A stretch of DNA of 64,000 bases from Spirochaetia bacterium (GTDB taxonomy: Bacteria > Spirochaetota > Spirochaetia > SZUA-6 > Bin103). The notes under the pieces were generated by a model, which was not told the origin of the DNA, ran no database searches, and saw only the letters and a program-made list of their open reading frames with translations. The stretch spans positions 320,001 through 384,000 of the forward strand of contig OZ241907.1 in the NCBI GenBank assembly GCA_965203515.1, read 5' to 3'. Positions 18,359 to 28,752 of this stretch are shown one piece after another. Each line of letters opens with the position of its first letter. Positions within the stretch are counted from its first letter, which is position 1. Position numbers and translations under genes: made by a program.

Positions 18359-19330
18359 ATGGCGCTCCCGCAAGCCAACCCGGACACCGCCGTTCGGGAC
18401 GCCCGCACCGTGACGCTCAACCGCCCGTCGATCCTGCAGCGGTACTACCGCCACCGCTATCTGTTCGCCCTGCTGGCCGCCGCCCTGGTCTGGACCATCG
18501 TCTTCCGGTACGGGCCCATGTACGGGGTCATCATCGCGTTCAAGAAGTACCGGCTCTTCGACGGCATATGGGGCAGCGAGTGGGTCGGCCTCCACTACTT
18601 CATACGGCTGTTCAACGGCACTACCGACTTTGGCCGGGTGTTTCGCAACACGCTTCTCATCAGTCTGTACCGGCTGCTCTGGGGGTTCCCGGCGCCGATC
18701 ATCCTGGCGCTGCTTCTCAACGAAGTGCATCAACGCCACTTCAAGCGCACCGTGCAGACGATCAGCTACCTGCCCCATTTCCTGTCGTGGGTGGTGCTGG
18801 GCGGCGTCATCAGGACGATCCTGTCCCCGTCCACCGGGGTGATCAACTCGATCATCGCCGGCGTGGGCGGCGAATCGATCTACTTTCTGGCCGACGTCGA
18901 CTGGTTCGTGACGGTGCTGATCACGACCGGCGTGTGGCAGCAGGTGGGGTGGGGATCGATCATCTTCCTGGCGGCGATCGCCGGCGTCGACCCGCAGCTC
19001 CACGAGTCGGCGATCATCGATGGCGCCGGCAAGCTCCGCCGCGCCTGGAGCATCACGATACCGTCGATCATGCCGGTCATCATGATCCTCTTCATCCTGC
19101 GGGTGGGCGACATCCTGGAAGCCGGCTTCGATCAGATCTTCAACCTCTACAACCCGGCGGTCTACGAGGTCGCCGACATCATCGATACATACGTCTACCG
19201 GGTCGGTCTGGAGGAGTTGAACTTCAGCCTGTCCGCGGCGACCGGGCTGTTCAAGAACGTGATCGGCCTGATCCTGGTGGTGATCGTCAACCGCATCGCC
19301 AAGACGTTCGGGGAATACGGGGTCTGGTAG
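18359..19330 (+). CDS. Carbohydrate ABC transporter permease (LplB-like)
   Basis: ISYLPHFLSWVV, LHESAIIDGA, IIDTYVYRVG. Confidence 0.9.
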   Translation: MALPQANPDTAVRDARTVTLNRPSILQRYYRHRYLFALLAAALVWTIVFRYGPMYGVIIAFKKYRLFDGIWGSEWVGLHYFIRLFNGTTDFGRVFRNTLLISLYRLLWGFPAPIILALLLNEVHQRHFKRTVQTISYLPHFLSWVVLGGVIRTILSPSTGVINSIIAGVGGESIYFLADVDWFVTVLITTGVWQQVGWGSIIFLAAIAGVDPQLHESAIIDGAGKLRRAWSITIPSIMPVIMILFILRVGDILEAGFDQIFNLYNPAVYEVADIIDTYVYRVGLEELNFSLSAATGLFKNVIGLILVVIVNRIAKTFGEYGVW

Positions 19331-19337
19331 GGCCGGC

Positions 19338-20225
19338 ATGATCGTCCGCAGTACCGGCGAGCGGTTCTTCGCCGCGTTCAACGGCCTGTTCCTGATCGCG
19401 CTCTCCTTCACCATCCTGTTTCCGTTCGTCAACCTGCTGGCGGTCTCCTTCACGCACGGGTCGAGCGCGTACCTGAGCAACGTGATGTTGTGGCCGCGCC
19501 CCTTCTCGACCAAGTCGTACGAGGCGCTGTTCGCCGACAGCAACCTCTTCTGGGGCTATTTCAACACGATCCTGCGCACCGTCGGCGGCACGCTGGCGAC
19601 CTTGATCGTGCTGCTGTGCGGCGCCTACCCGCTGTCGAAGAAGTACCTGCCGCACCGCAACTTCTATACGTCGGTCTTCGTCTTCACGCTGTTCTTCAGC
19701 GGCGGCCTGATCCCGACCTACCTGCTGGTTCGCAGCCTGGGGCTGATCGATACCCGGCTGGTGTTCATCCTGATCAACATGGCGCCCGCGTTCTGGCTGC
19801 TGATCATGCGCAATTTCCTGATGACCATCCCGGAGGAGATCGAAGACTCGGCGCGGATCGACGGCGCCAATGAGATCGTCGTCCTGTTCCGGATCATCGC
19901 GCCGATGTCCCTGCCGGTTATCGCCACCATCGGCCTGTGGAGCGCGGTGGGCCACTGGAACTCCTGGTTCGACTCGCTCATCTACATCAGGGACCCGGAG
20001 AAGCACGTGTTGCAGATCTGGCTGCGCCGCATCGTCATCACGGCGACCGACGCGATCACGATCGAGGCGGAGACCGCGTATGACGAAGCGCAACTGCGGC
20101 CGGTGCGTCCGGAGACGCTCAACTCGGCGGCGATATTCGTCGCCATCGCGCCGATCCTGACGGTCTATCCGTTCATACAGAAATACTTCGTAAAGGGGGT
20201 GATCATCGGATCTCTGAAGGGGTAG
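19338..20225 (+). CDS. Carbohydrate ABC transporter permease (LplC-like)
   Basis: FSGGLIPTYL, EDSARIDGA, YPFIQKYFVKG. Confidence 0.9.
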   Translation: MIVRSTGERFFAAFNGLFLIALSFTILFPFVNLLAVSFTHGSSAYLSNVMLWPRPFSTKSYEALFADSNLFWGYFNTILRTVGGTLATLIVLLCGAYPLSKKYLPHRNFYTSVFVFTLFFSGGLIPTYLLVRSLGLIDTRLVFILINMAPAFWLLIMRNFLMTIPEEIEDSARIDGANEIVVLFRIIAPMSLPVIATIGLWSAVGHWNSWFDSLIYIRDPEKHVLQIWLRRIVITATDAITIEAETAYDEAQLRPVRPETLNSAAIFVAIAPILTVYPFIQKYFVKGVIIGSLKG

Positions 20226-20329
20226 GTTACACCTCGGTGCCCTACGGACCGAATCACGACCGCGCGAACCGAGCGAGCATCGCGAACGCGCGAATCATCA
20301 AATCAAAGACAGGAAGGAAAACGAAACCT

Positions 20330-22045
20330 ATGCGCAAGACAGCAATGTGGCTGGTTACGCTGCTGATCGTCGGCTTCGCCGTCGATGCGGCTGCGCAGAC
20401 CAGGTACGAATACAGCGTCGCGGCGACCAACATGCACCGCCGCGATCCGGAGACCAACCTCACCAAGGGATGGATGGACGAGTACTTCAACATCGACACC
20501 GAGTGGGTCATCACCGAGAACCAGCTCGAGAAGCTCAACGTGCTGCTCGCCGCCGGCGACATCCCCGACGTGATGGCGTTTCGCATGTCCGCCACCCAGC
20601 TTGCGATCTATGCCGACCAGGGGGTGCTGGCGGAACTGCCGGTGTCCATGATCCGGGAGCACATGCCGGAGTACTACGCGCAGCAGCAGGAGTTCGGCGA
20701 TGCGCGCATCTGGAAGTATGGCGAGATCGACGGCAAGCACATGGGATTGCCCACCGTCCGACCCACGAACATCTACCGCCGGGGAGTCAACTGGAACGCG
20801 CAGTGGCTGATCGACGTCGGGATCGATCGGGTTCCGGAGACGCTCGACGAGTTCGAGGAAGCGTTTCTGCGGTTCCGCAACGGCGATCCGGACGGCAACG
20901 GCGCCCGGGATACCTATGCCTTTACCGCGCCCGGCGATTGGGGCAACGCCCCCGAAGGGTTCTTTCAGGAGATCTTCGGCGCGTTCGGGACCTTCGCGTT
21001 CAAGTGGGTGGAGAAGGACGACCGGCTGGCGTTCGGCTTCACCGACCCCGGCGCCAAGGAGGCGCTGGCGCTGCTGGCCGACTGGTACGCCAATGAGATC
21101 ATCGATCCGGAGTGGGTGACCGAGATCGCGCGCAAGGACGGCGCGAACGACATCGCGTGGAAGTTCGGCAACGGGAAGATCGGCTACGTTTCGACCCTCG
21201 GCGCGGACGACAGCGAATGGGACGGCGGCGGCCATCTGAACCGCAAGTGGCACAACGCGCACAACGAGCATCGGAAGTACGTCTACACCGATCCCGACTG
21301 CTGGCCGGACGACTGTCAGGGCAAGCAGCACTTCGAGATCATCGCCTTCACGGAGTTGGAGCCGGATCGATTCGCGGGCGAATACCATCCGTACGTCATG
21401 GGCGAGCCGCCGATCGGCCCGCGCGGCGACTCCGGCATGTCGGTGCCGGGGCTGGGTCCCGTCTATACGCTGTTCGGCCGTCATCTCGAGCGGGATCAGG
21501 ACAAGTACGTGCGGCTGCTCGAAATCCTCAATGAGATGGCCACCGATCGGCACGTCTACTACCAGGCGGCGCTCGGCTGCTTCGTCGATGGCGCTCCCAC
21601 CGAGTGGTGCAGCGACTGGCCGGTCTGGGAGTGGGTCCCCTTCGAAGACCCGCGCGGCGTTGGCGAGCGGTTTCAGCAGACGCAGCAGTGGCTGGACGAT
21701 CCGCGCCGCGCCGACGTCGGCAGCGGCGCCGGTGGATTCTCCACCAACCCGTTCTGGACCCTGGCGACGTGGTACAACACGTCGCGCGGCGGCGGCGGCC
21801 TGCAGCGCCAGACGCTGTACGACATGCACGCCCGCAACAACACGGTCGACGACCCGTTGAAGGTATCGCTGCCGTCGCAGGCGGAGTACGCCGACGTCAA
21901 CAAGGTGCTTCACGAGTTCTTCTACAAGGTGATCCTGGGCACCCAGAGCATCGACGACTACGACGACGTGGTCGCGCGGTGGCGGCGGAACGGCGGCGAC
22001 GTGCTGACCCGCGAAGCCAACGCGTGGTTCGACACCGTCAAGTAG
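20330..22045 (+). CDS. ABC extracellular solute-binding protein (LplA-like)
   Basis: Sec signal ending AAA|Q, LLAAGDIPD, PETLDEF, DPDGNG; directly follows a permease pair. Confidence 0.85.
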   Translation: MRKTAMWLVTLLIVGFAVDAAAQTRYEYSVAATNMHRRDPETNLTKGWMDEYFNIDTEWVITENQLEKLNVLLAAGDIPDVMAFRMSATQLAIYADQGVLAELPVSMIREHMPEYYAQQQEFGDARIWKYGEIDGKHMGLPTVRPTNIYRRGVNWNAQWLIDVGIDRVPETLDEFEEAFLRFRNGDPDGNGARDTYAFTAPGDWGNAPEGFFQEIFGAFGTFAFKWVEKDDRLAFGFTDPGAKEALALLADWYANEIIDPEWVTEIARKDGANDIAWKFGNGKIGYVSTLGADDSEWDGGGHLNRKWHNAHNEHRKYVYTDPDCWPDDCQGKQHFEIIAFTELEPDRFAGEYHPYVMGEPPIGPRGDSGMSVPGLGPVYTLFGRHLERDQDKYVRLLEILNEMATDRHVYYQAALGCFVDGAPTEWCSDWPVWEWVPFEDPRGVGERFQQTQQWLDDPRRADVGSGAGGFSTNPFWTLATWYNTSRGGGGLQRQTLYDMHARNNTVDDPLKVSLPSQAEYADVNKVLHEFFYKVILGTQSIDDYDDVVARWRRNGGDVLTREANAWFDTVK

Positions 22046-22076
22046 CCCTGAAACGGCCTCGACGCGAGGTCGGAGC

Positions 22077-22111
22077 GAGCCGGGCCGGCTGTCGGCGGCC
22101 CGGCTCTTTTT
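22077..22111 (+). terminator. Rho-independent terminator
   Basis: GAGCCGGGCCG / CGGCCCGGCTC 11-bp stem followed by TTTTT, 32 nt after the SBP stop. Confidence 0.85.
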
Positions 22112-22202
22112 CGTCCGTCGGACCGAATCGGCCGGTGGCCATCGCCTTGATGGCCATCGGCCGCGATGGCCGGAACGGCGGCGACGGTGGTAGACTGCCG
22201 GC

Positions 22203-23468
22203 ATGAGCACTGACACACCGTTGCGCGTCGCGCTGATCGGCGCCGGCAACCGGGCCAGCACCGTCTACGCGCCGGTCCTTCCGCATCTGGGCGAGTGGCT
22301 CGACCTGGTCGCGGTCTGCGACCCGGTGGCCGAGCACAGCGACGCGCTGGCCGAGCGGCTGGGCGCGCGGTCGTTCCATTCGATCCGGGAGCTGGTCGAC
22401 TCGCAGGTGGCGGAGGCGGCGCTGGTGGTGACGCCGGTCCCCTCGCACCACTCGATCTCCTCGTTCCTCTCCGCCCACGGCATCCACCACGACGTGGAGA
22501 CCTCCATGGCGATGACGCTGCGGCAGGGGCGCGAGATGTCGGAGCGCGCGCAGGCCGGCAACGTCGTGCTGCGCATCGGCGAGAACTTCTTCCGGTTCGC
22601 GTTCGACCGGATCGCCAAGGCGGTCACCGCGGCCGGCGCGATCGGCGACGTCCGCCGCGTGCTCTGCATGTACGACCACACCGGCTACCACAACAACTCA
22701 CGCTGGATCGTCTTCTACGAGGCGGCGCCGCTCACGGCTCGCACGATCAGCCACACGATGCCGGTGGCGCCCTACAACTCCCTGCCGCACCGTCATCACG
22801 TCGACGAAGGCTTTCACTGCAACTTCTTCACCTTCCCGGGCGACCGCCTGGTCGTCGATCTGGCCGGCAACATCAAGGGCAACCTGGGCCGGCACCCTCG
22901 CCCCGGCTACACCGAGATCGCCGGCGCGCGCGGGACGATCGTGCAGACGCCGGCCGGGAACTGGAACGGCGTGGGCGAGGTGCGCGTCTGCAGCGACCAG
23001 GCGCTCGCCGGTGGCGGCAAGGCGGACATCGTCGCGCCGATCGTGCACGAGGAGGCCGGCGCCGTCTGGACCCGCTCCCGGGTCGAGATCGACGGCCGCG
23101 CCATCGAATATGCCAACCCGTACCCCGCGCCGACCCGCACCGGACGCGCCTTCTACGGCGCGTCGGTGGCCGGGCACGTCGTCGACTTCGTGCGCGCCGT
23201 GCAGCGCCAACGCGGTTCGCGGGAGGCGGCCGAGCACCTGGCGCGGCAGGGCTACGAATACACCGACCGCGACGCCCTGATGGCGCTGGAGATGACCCAG
23301 GCGTGCCATGAGTCGGAGCTGCGCGGCGGCGAGGAGCTGCCGTTGCCGCTCGCCGGCGACGCCGATCTCCTCTCCGAGAAGCAGCAGATCGCGGCGTTGC
23401 GCAGCCAGTTCGGGCGTGACCCGATGGACGTCGAGGGGATGCTGGCGGTGAGCTTCCCCCGCCCGTAA
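22203..23468 (+). CDS. Gfo/Idh/MocA oxidoreductase (divergent)
   Basis: VALIGAGNRA, VAVCD; ETSMA replaces the usual EKP. Confidence 0.8.
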   Translation: MSTDTPLRVALIGAGNRASTVYAPVLPHLGEWLDLVAVCDPVAEHSDALAERLGARSFHSIRELVDSQVAEAALVVTPVPSHHSISSFLSAHGIHHDVETSMAMTLRQGREMSERAQAGNVVLRIGENFFRFAFDRIAKAVTAAGAIGDVRRVLCMYDHTGYHNNSRWIVFYEAAPLTARTISHTMPVAPYNSLPHRHHVDEGFHCNFFTFPGDRLVVDLAGNIKGNLGRHPRPGYTEIAGARGTIVQTPAGNWNGVGEVRVCSDQALAGGGKADIVAPIVHEEAGAVWTRSRVEIDGRAIEYANPYPAPTRTGRAFYGASVAGHVVDFVRAVQRQRGSREAAEHLARQGYEYTDRDALMALEMTQACHESELRGGEELPLPLAGDADLLSEKQQIAALRSQFGRDPMDVEGMLAVSFPRP

Positions 23469-23496
23469 CGCCGCGGCGCAGGACGGTGACCCCGCC

Positions 23497-26400
23497 GTGA
23501 GCGAACGGCTCCTCGACCACGTCGACGTGGTCGGCGATGAGCGGATCGACGCGATCGCCGCTCGCGATGACACGGTGGCCCTGAACGCCGTCGAAGCGGA
23601 GACGCTCGACGGCTGGCAGATCAACGTCGGCCAGCGGAGCATGCCGTTTCGGGTCGGGTACGGGCTCTACCGCACGCCGTCGATGGCGGCGTCGGGCATG
23701 CCGGCCCTGCTGCAGCACCGGTTCTGGATCTCCCCGGAAAAGGAACGGGTGTGCGGCCGCAAGTACGTGGGACTGCTGCGCTACGCCTCGGAGCGTGACG
23801 ACTACCGCTACACCATGCGGGCCGGCTCGGAGCTGCTGGGCACGGTGCGGCCCGAGCGCCGGGACAACCGCCGGCATCTGATCGTCGCCGAGCGGCCGAT
23901 CGAGATCCTCGGCGGCGGCGTGCCGTTCACGGTCCGCGCGGAGGGTACCGGCCCCTGCTATCTGGAGAAGGTGCTGTTTCTCACCGAGCTGCCGGCCGCC
24001 TCGTCGTTCGCGCCGCGCCTGGACCGGCTGAGTACGCGGGTGACCGGCCCCGGAACGGTCGAGCTGCACGGCATCGCCTCCGAGCCGGTGGCGGTGACCG
24101 CGACGGCGACCCCGCTGGAAGGCGCCGGCGCCGCGGTGACCGCCACCGGCGGCGATCCCTCTCCGCTGTTGGCGCTGCCGCTGCGGGGGCTGACCCCGGG
24201 CCGGCCGTATCGGATCGCCGTGGAGGCCCGCGAGCCGGGCGGCGAGGTGACCCGCGCAACCGTCGACCTGCCGGCGGCCGCACCGGCGCGCGAATCGGCG
24301 GCGGAGCTGCGCATCCCGGTCGAGGTGGTCGACTGCGGGCGCGACGACAGCACCGGCGCGGCGCGCTGCGGACCTGCGGCGCCGGCGGGATTGCCGCTCA
24401 CCTTTGCCGTGCCGCTGCCGCGCGGCGCCTTGCGGCAGCCGGCCGCGGCGGTGAGCTTTGCCGCCCCGGACGGGGCGCCGGCGGGGGAAGCGGAGGCGCA
24501 GGTACGGGTGCACGCCCGCTGGCCGGACGGCAGCGCCCGCTGGGCGCTGCTGGACGCCGCCTGTCCCGCCGGCGACCTGCCGGCGCGCGGCGCGGTGCGG
24601 CTCACCCGCGCGGCCGCCGCGGCGCCGGCCGCCGCCGGCGACCTGAGCTGGAGCCGGGCGGACGGCGGGGTGACCGCGAGCAACCGCCACCTGCGGGTGA
24701 CGATGCGGCGCGGCGGCGGCCTGTTCGAGCGGATCGAGGTGCGCCGGGACGGGCGGTGGACGACCGTCGGCCGCGGCGGCGGCTGGCACGGCGCGCTGGG
24801 CAGCGGCGTGCCGCTCGCCTCACCGCAGGTCGAGGAGGTGCGGATCGAGGAAGCGGGGCCGCGGCGGCTGGCGATCCGCGCCGAGCTGCCGATCGCCGAT
24901 CCGCACGGCGTCGAGCACCTGCGCGCCGCGGTGCTGGTGCAGCTCCATGCCGGCCAGCCGTTCCTGACGCTCGCCAACCGGCTGGTGGTGGTCAGTCCGC
25001 TGGCCGGCGCGGCGATGCACGGCGACCTGAGCCATCTGCGCGAGTCCGGTGCGGCCGGCGCCGACGCGGCTGCCGACCGGGCCGCCGACGCGGACGTTGA
25101 CGGCGCCGACCACGAACGGGCGTCGCTGCTGCGCGTGCGCCGGCTGGAGCTGCGGCTGCCATGGCAGCCGATCCGGGCGGCAGGATTGCGCGCGGCAGGA
25201 TTGCGCGCGGCCGGGATGGCCGGCGGCCGGACGGCGGCGCCGCGCCCCGGCGCGCCGGTGCGGGTGGCGCACGAGCACGACCGCGCCTGTCGCGTGGAGG
25301 CGGAGGGCCGGTCCCGCACCGTCGAGGGCCATGCCTCCGGCCGCCTCTGGATCGACTGCGAAGCCGGGCCGTGCCTGCTGGCGCTGCGCGACTTCTGGGA
25401 GCGCTACCCGAAGGCGGTGCGCTGCGATCCGCACGCGATCGCCGTCGAGCTGCTGCCGGCGCTCGGCGACGTCGAGCTGCCGGACTACGAGCGGGAGTGG
25501 CACCGCCTCTACTTCTGGCTCGACCGGCCGTCCGGCTGCTATCGGATCAAGGTCGGCAGCGCCATCACCACGGAGCTGATGCTCTGCTTCGCTGCCGACG
25601 GCGAGCGGCAGAACGCGGCGGCCGACTGGTTTCAGGGTCACCTGGCGGTCCGTCCCGACTTCGACTACGTGGGGGAGACCGGCGTCCTGGAACCGCTGGC
25701 CGCCAAGCGCGGCTCGCCCCATCCGCGGTACGAACGCATGGTCGACCGGGCGCTCGCCGAATGGCTGGAGCACCGCTCCACCCGGCACGAGGTCGGCTTC
25801 ATGAACTACGGCGACACCTTCAAGGGCTCGGCCGAGTCCGGCGGCCTCTGGGAGAACAACGAGTACGACGCACCCTGGTGCCACTTCGTCGAGTTCCTGC
25901 GCGGCGGCGACCCGCGCTGGCTGCCGCTGGGGTGCGAGGCGGCGCGGCACCTGCTCGACATCGACACCTGCAACCACTCTCGGGACCCGGCGCAGGTCGG
26001 CGCCCAGGTCATGCACATGGCCGGCCACGTCGGCGGCTATCTGCCGCCGTTCTTCCGCAACAAGATGGCCGGCTCCACGACCGTGCCGTCGCACACGTGG
26101 GTGCAGGGACCGGCGCTCCACTTCCTGCTCACCGGCGACCCCTTCACCCGCGAAGTCCTGGCGCGCACCGCGCGCCGGATGACCGCCAACCTGCGCTATT
26201 ACTCCCTCGACAACGCCCGCGAGTGCGGCTGGCAGCTCACCCATCTGTGCGCCCTGGACCGGCTCGGCGACGATCCCCGCTACCTCAACGCGGCGGCCAT
26301 CATCGTCGAGCGCGTCCTGGCCGCGCAGCGCCCCGGCGGCGGCTGGGAGCGGATACTCACCGCCAGCCACGGCGGCCGCCGGCTGCCGCGGCCGTTCGGC

Positions 26401-26808
26401 GAGGCCGGCTTCATGGTGGGGGTGCTGCTGTCGGCGCTGCGCCGCTACCATGACCTGACCGGCGATCACCGGGTGGCCGCGGCGATCACCGGAGGAGTGC
26501 GCTGGCTGGTGGAGCGCACCTACGACACCGGGGCCGGGCACTTCCGTTACACTTCGTGCGTGGAAGCGGGCGGCGAACCTTCGGCCGAGTGGTCGGTGCA
26601 GGTGCTGGAAGGGTTGGCCGACGGCAACCGCATCGCCCCCAGCGCCGAGGTCGCGGCGATCCTGCGCCGCAATCTGGCCGACATCGGGCTGACCGGCCAG
26701 GAGCTGCTGGGACGCCCGCGGGTCGGCAAGGCGCTGACCCAGGAAGCGCGCTACGTCCCGACCCTGCTGCGCGCGTTGACCGACGGCGCCGCCGAGAGCC
26801 CGGCCTGA
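23497..26808 (+). CDS. PL26/YetA (PcRGLX)-like multidomain lyase-like protein, paralogue 1
   Basis: LPLTFAVPLPRGAL...ARWPDGSARWALLD N-barrel; DFWERYPK; GFMNYGD...WENNEYD toroid motifs; 1103 aa. Confidence 0.65.
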   Translation: MSERLLDHVDVVGDERIDAIAARDDTVALNAVEAETLDGWQINVGQRSMPFRVGYGLYRTPSMAASGMPALLQHRFWISPEKERVCGRKYVGLLRYASERDDYRYTMRAGSELLGTVRPERRDNRRHLIVAERPIEILGGGVPFTVRAEGTGPCYLEKVLFLTELPAASSFAPRLDRLSTRVTGPGTVELHGIASEPVAVTATATPLEGAGAAVTATGGDPSPLLALPLRGLTPGRPYRIAVEAREPGGEVTRATVDLPAAAPARESAAELRIPVEVVDCGRDDSTGAARCGPAAPAGLPLTFAVPLPRGALRQPAAAVSFAAPDGAPAGEAEAQVRVHARWPDGSARWALLDAACPAGDLPARGAVRLTRAAAAAPAAAGDLSWSRADGGVTASNRHLRVTMRRGGGLFERIEVRRDGRWTTVGRGGGWHGALGSGVPLASPQVEEVRIEEAGPRRLAIRAELPIADPHGVEHLRAAVLVQLHAGQPFLTLANRLVVVSPLAGAAMHGDLSHLRESGAAGADAAADRAADADVDGADHERASLLRVRRLELRLPWQPIRAAGLRAAGLRAAGMAGGRTAAPRPGAPVRVAHEHDRACRVEAEGRSRTVEGHASGRLWIDCEAGPCLLALRDFWERYPKAVRCDPHAIAVELLPALGDVELPDYEREWHRLYFWLDRPSGCYRIKVGSAITTELMLCFAADGERQNAAADWFQGHLAVRPDFDYVGETGVLEPLAAKRGSPHPRYERMVDRALAEWLEHRSTRHEVGFMNYGDTFKGSAESGGLWENNEYDAPWCHFVEFLRGGDPRWLPLGCEAARHLLDIDTCNHSRDPAQVGAQVMHMAGHVGGYLPPFFRNKMAGSTTVPSHTWVQGPALHFLLTGDPFTREVLARTARRMTANLRYYSLDNARECGWQLTHLCALDRLGDDPRYLNAAAIIVERVLAAQRPGGGWERILTASHGGRRLPRPFGEAGFMVGVLLSALRRYHDLTGDHRVAAAITGGVRWLVERTYDTGAGHFRYTSCVEAGGEPSAEWSVQVLEGLADGNRIAPSAEVAAILRRNLADIGLTGQELLGRPRVGKALTQEARYVPTLLRALTDGAAESPA

Positions 26809-26810
26809 GC

Positions 26811-27769
26811 ATGGCCAGCCAGCCGACCGTGGCGCCCGCCGGCCTGCGCCGCAGACTGCCGGCCCTGATCGCACGGGTGCGCAAGGACCGCGCCCTGTAC
26901 GCGATGCTGGCGCTGCCGGTCCTGTTCTTCCTGATCTTCCACTACCAGCCGATGTACGGGGTGCTGATCGCGTTCAAGGACTTCAAGATCAGCAAGGGCA
27001 TTCTGGCAGCCCGTGGGCGGACGACTTCGGCCTCTACCACTTCATCCGCTTCTTTACCTCCTACGACGCCTTTCGCCTCATCAACAACACCTTCCAGCTC
27101 TCCTTCTGGTCGCTGGTGTGGGGCTTTCCGGCGCCGATCGTCCTGGCCCTGCTGCTGCACGAGTGCCGGTTGCCGCGCTTCAAGAAGACCGTGCAGACGG
27201 TCACGTATCTCCCGCACTTCATCTCCATCGTCGCCATCGTCGGCATCCTCACCCTGCTGCTGTCGCCGCGCGACGGATCGATCAACCACATGCTCGCCCT
27301 GCTCGGTCTGGAGAAGATCTACTTCATAGCCGACACGAGGTGGTTCCGGCCGGTCTACGTCATCTCCGGCATCTGGCAGGACGTGGGCTTCGGGGCGATC
27401 ATCTATCTGGCCGCGCTGAGCCGCGCCAATCCCGAGCTCTACGAGGCGGCCACCGTCGACGGCGCCAGCCGCCTGCAGCGCATTCGGCACGTGTCGGTGC
27501 CGAGCCTGGCGGCGGTGGCGATCATCCTGCTGATCCTGCGCACCGGGAGCATCCTGTCGGTCGGCTTCGAGAAGGTGTTCCTGATGCAGAACGACCTCAA
27601 CATCCGCGTCTCCGACGTGATCCAGACCTACGTCTACCGGGTCGGGCTGCGCGGTCTGGAGTTCTCCTTCGGGGCCGCGGTGGGGCTGTTTCAGTCGGTG
27701 GTCGGCCTGATCCTGCTGATCATCGTCAACAAGGTCAGCTCCAAGGTGTCGGAGACCTCCCTGTGGTAG
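26811..27769 (+). pseudogene. Carbohydrate ABC permease (LplB-like) with a 1-nt frameshift near 27005
   Basis: ...AFKDFKISKGIL continues in another frame as PWADDFGLYHFIRFF...YLPHFIS; one extra G in CTGGCAGC restores ILGSPW. Could be a sequencing error. Confidence 0.8.
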
Positions 27770-28653
27770 GCGTCCGCCGGATCGAGCGGTTCGACCTGCT
27801 GGTCATCGCGGCGCTGTTCGTGACCGGCGCGGTCACCCTGTACCCGGTCATCAACGTCTTCTCCATCTCGCTCAGCCACCCGAACGAGGTGGCGCGCGGC
27901 ATCACCTGGCTGCCGCGCCGCATCGACCTGAGCGCCTACGACTTCATCCTGGACCATCCGATGATCGGCGTCGGCTACCGCAACTCGCTGCTGTACGTGA
28001 CGGTGGGCACGGCCATCAACCTCGCCATGACCTGCCTGTGCGCCTACCCGCTCTCCAAGAAGGGCCTCGTCGGGCGCAAGTTCGTGATGCTCCTGATCGT
28101 GTTCACGATGTTCTTCTCCGGCGGCCTGATCCCCACCTATCTGCTGGTGCGGGCGCTGGGGATGGTCAACACCATGTGGGCGCTGCTCATTCCGGGCGCG
28201 GTCGCGGCCTACAACATGATCATCCTGCGCACCTTCTTCCAGTCGATTCCGGGCGACCTGGAGGAGTCGGCGTTCCTGGACGGCGCCGGCCGGTGGCGCA
28301 TCCTGGCCAGCATCGTCCTGCCGCTCTCCAAGGCGGGCCTGGCCGCGATCGGCCTGTTCTACGCCCTGGGCCACTGGAACGGCTACTTCAACGCGCTGAT
28401 CTACCTCAATGACGCGGAGAAGTATCCGCTGCCGATGATCGTGCGGGAGATCGTGCTGCAGGAGGTGGTGCTCAAGCGCGCGGAGCTGAGCGGCGACGTG
28501 TTCGACGCGGAGCGCGAGCAGAAGTTCGCCGCCTACACGCAGAACTTCCGCTACGCGACGGTGTTCGTGTCGATCATACCGATGTTGATGATCTATCCGT
28601 TCGTGCAACGTTATCTGGTACAGGGAGTGATGATCGGATCGCTCAAGGAGTGA
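27763..28653 (+). CDS. Carbohydrate ABC transporter permease (LplC-like)
   Basis: FSGGLIPTYL, EESAFLDGA, YPFVQRYLVQG; probable GTG at 27763. Confidence 0.9.
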   Translation: MVGVRRIERFDLLVIAALFVTGAVTLYPVINVFSISLSHPNEVARGITWLPRRIDLSAYDFILDHPMIGVGYRNSLLYVTVGTAINLAMTCLCAYPLSKKGLVGRKFVMLLIVFTMFFSGGLIPTYLLVRALGMVNTMWALLIPGAVAAYNMIILRTFFQSIPGDLEESAFLDGAGRWRILASIVLPLSKAGLAAIGLFYALGHWNGYFNALIYLNDAEKYPLPMIVREIVLQEVVLKRAELSGDVFDAEREQKFAAYTQNFRYATVFVSIIPMLMIYPFVQRYLVQGVMIGSLKE

Positions 28654-28752
28654 ACGGCGCCGGGACCGCGCCTGCGCGCGCGGCCGGCCCTTTGTCAAAG
28701 GGAGGCGTCACACAACGCTTCACCCGGAGGGGTGAGGCAGAGGAAGGAAAGG

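Noticed and set aside
22131..22173. GGCCATC/GATGGCC inverted repeats before the oxidoreductase gene
   Set aside because: Single occurrence in GC-rich DNA; cannot be told apart from chance or assigned a function.
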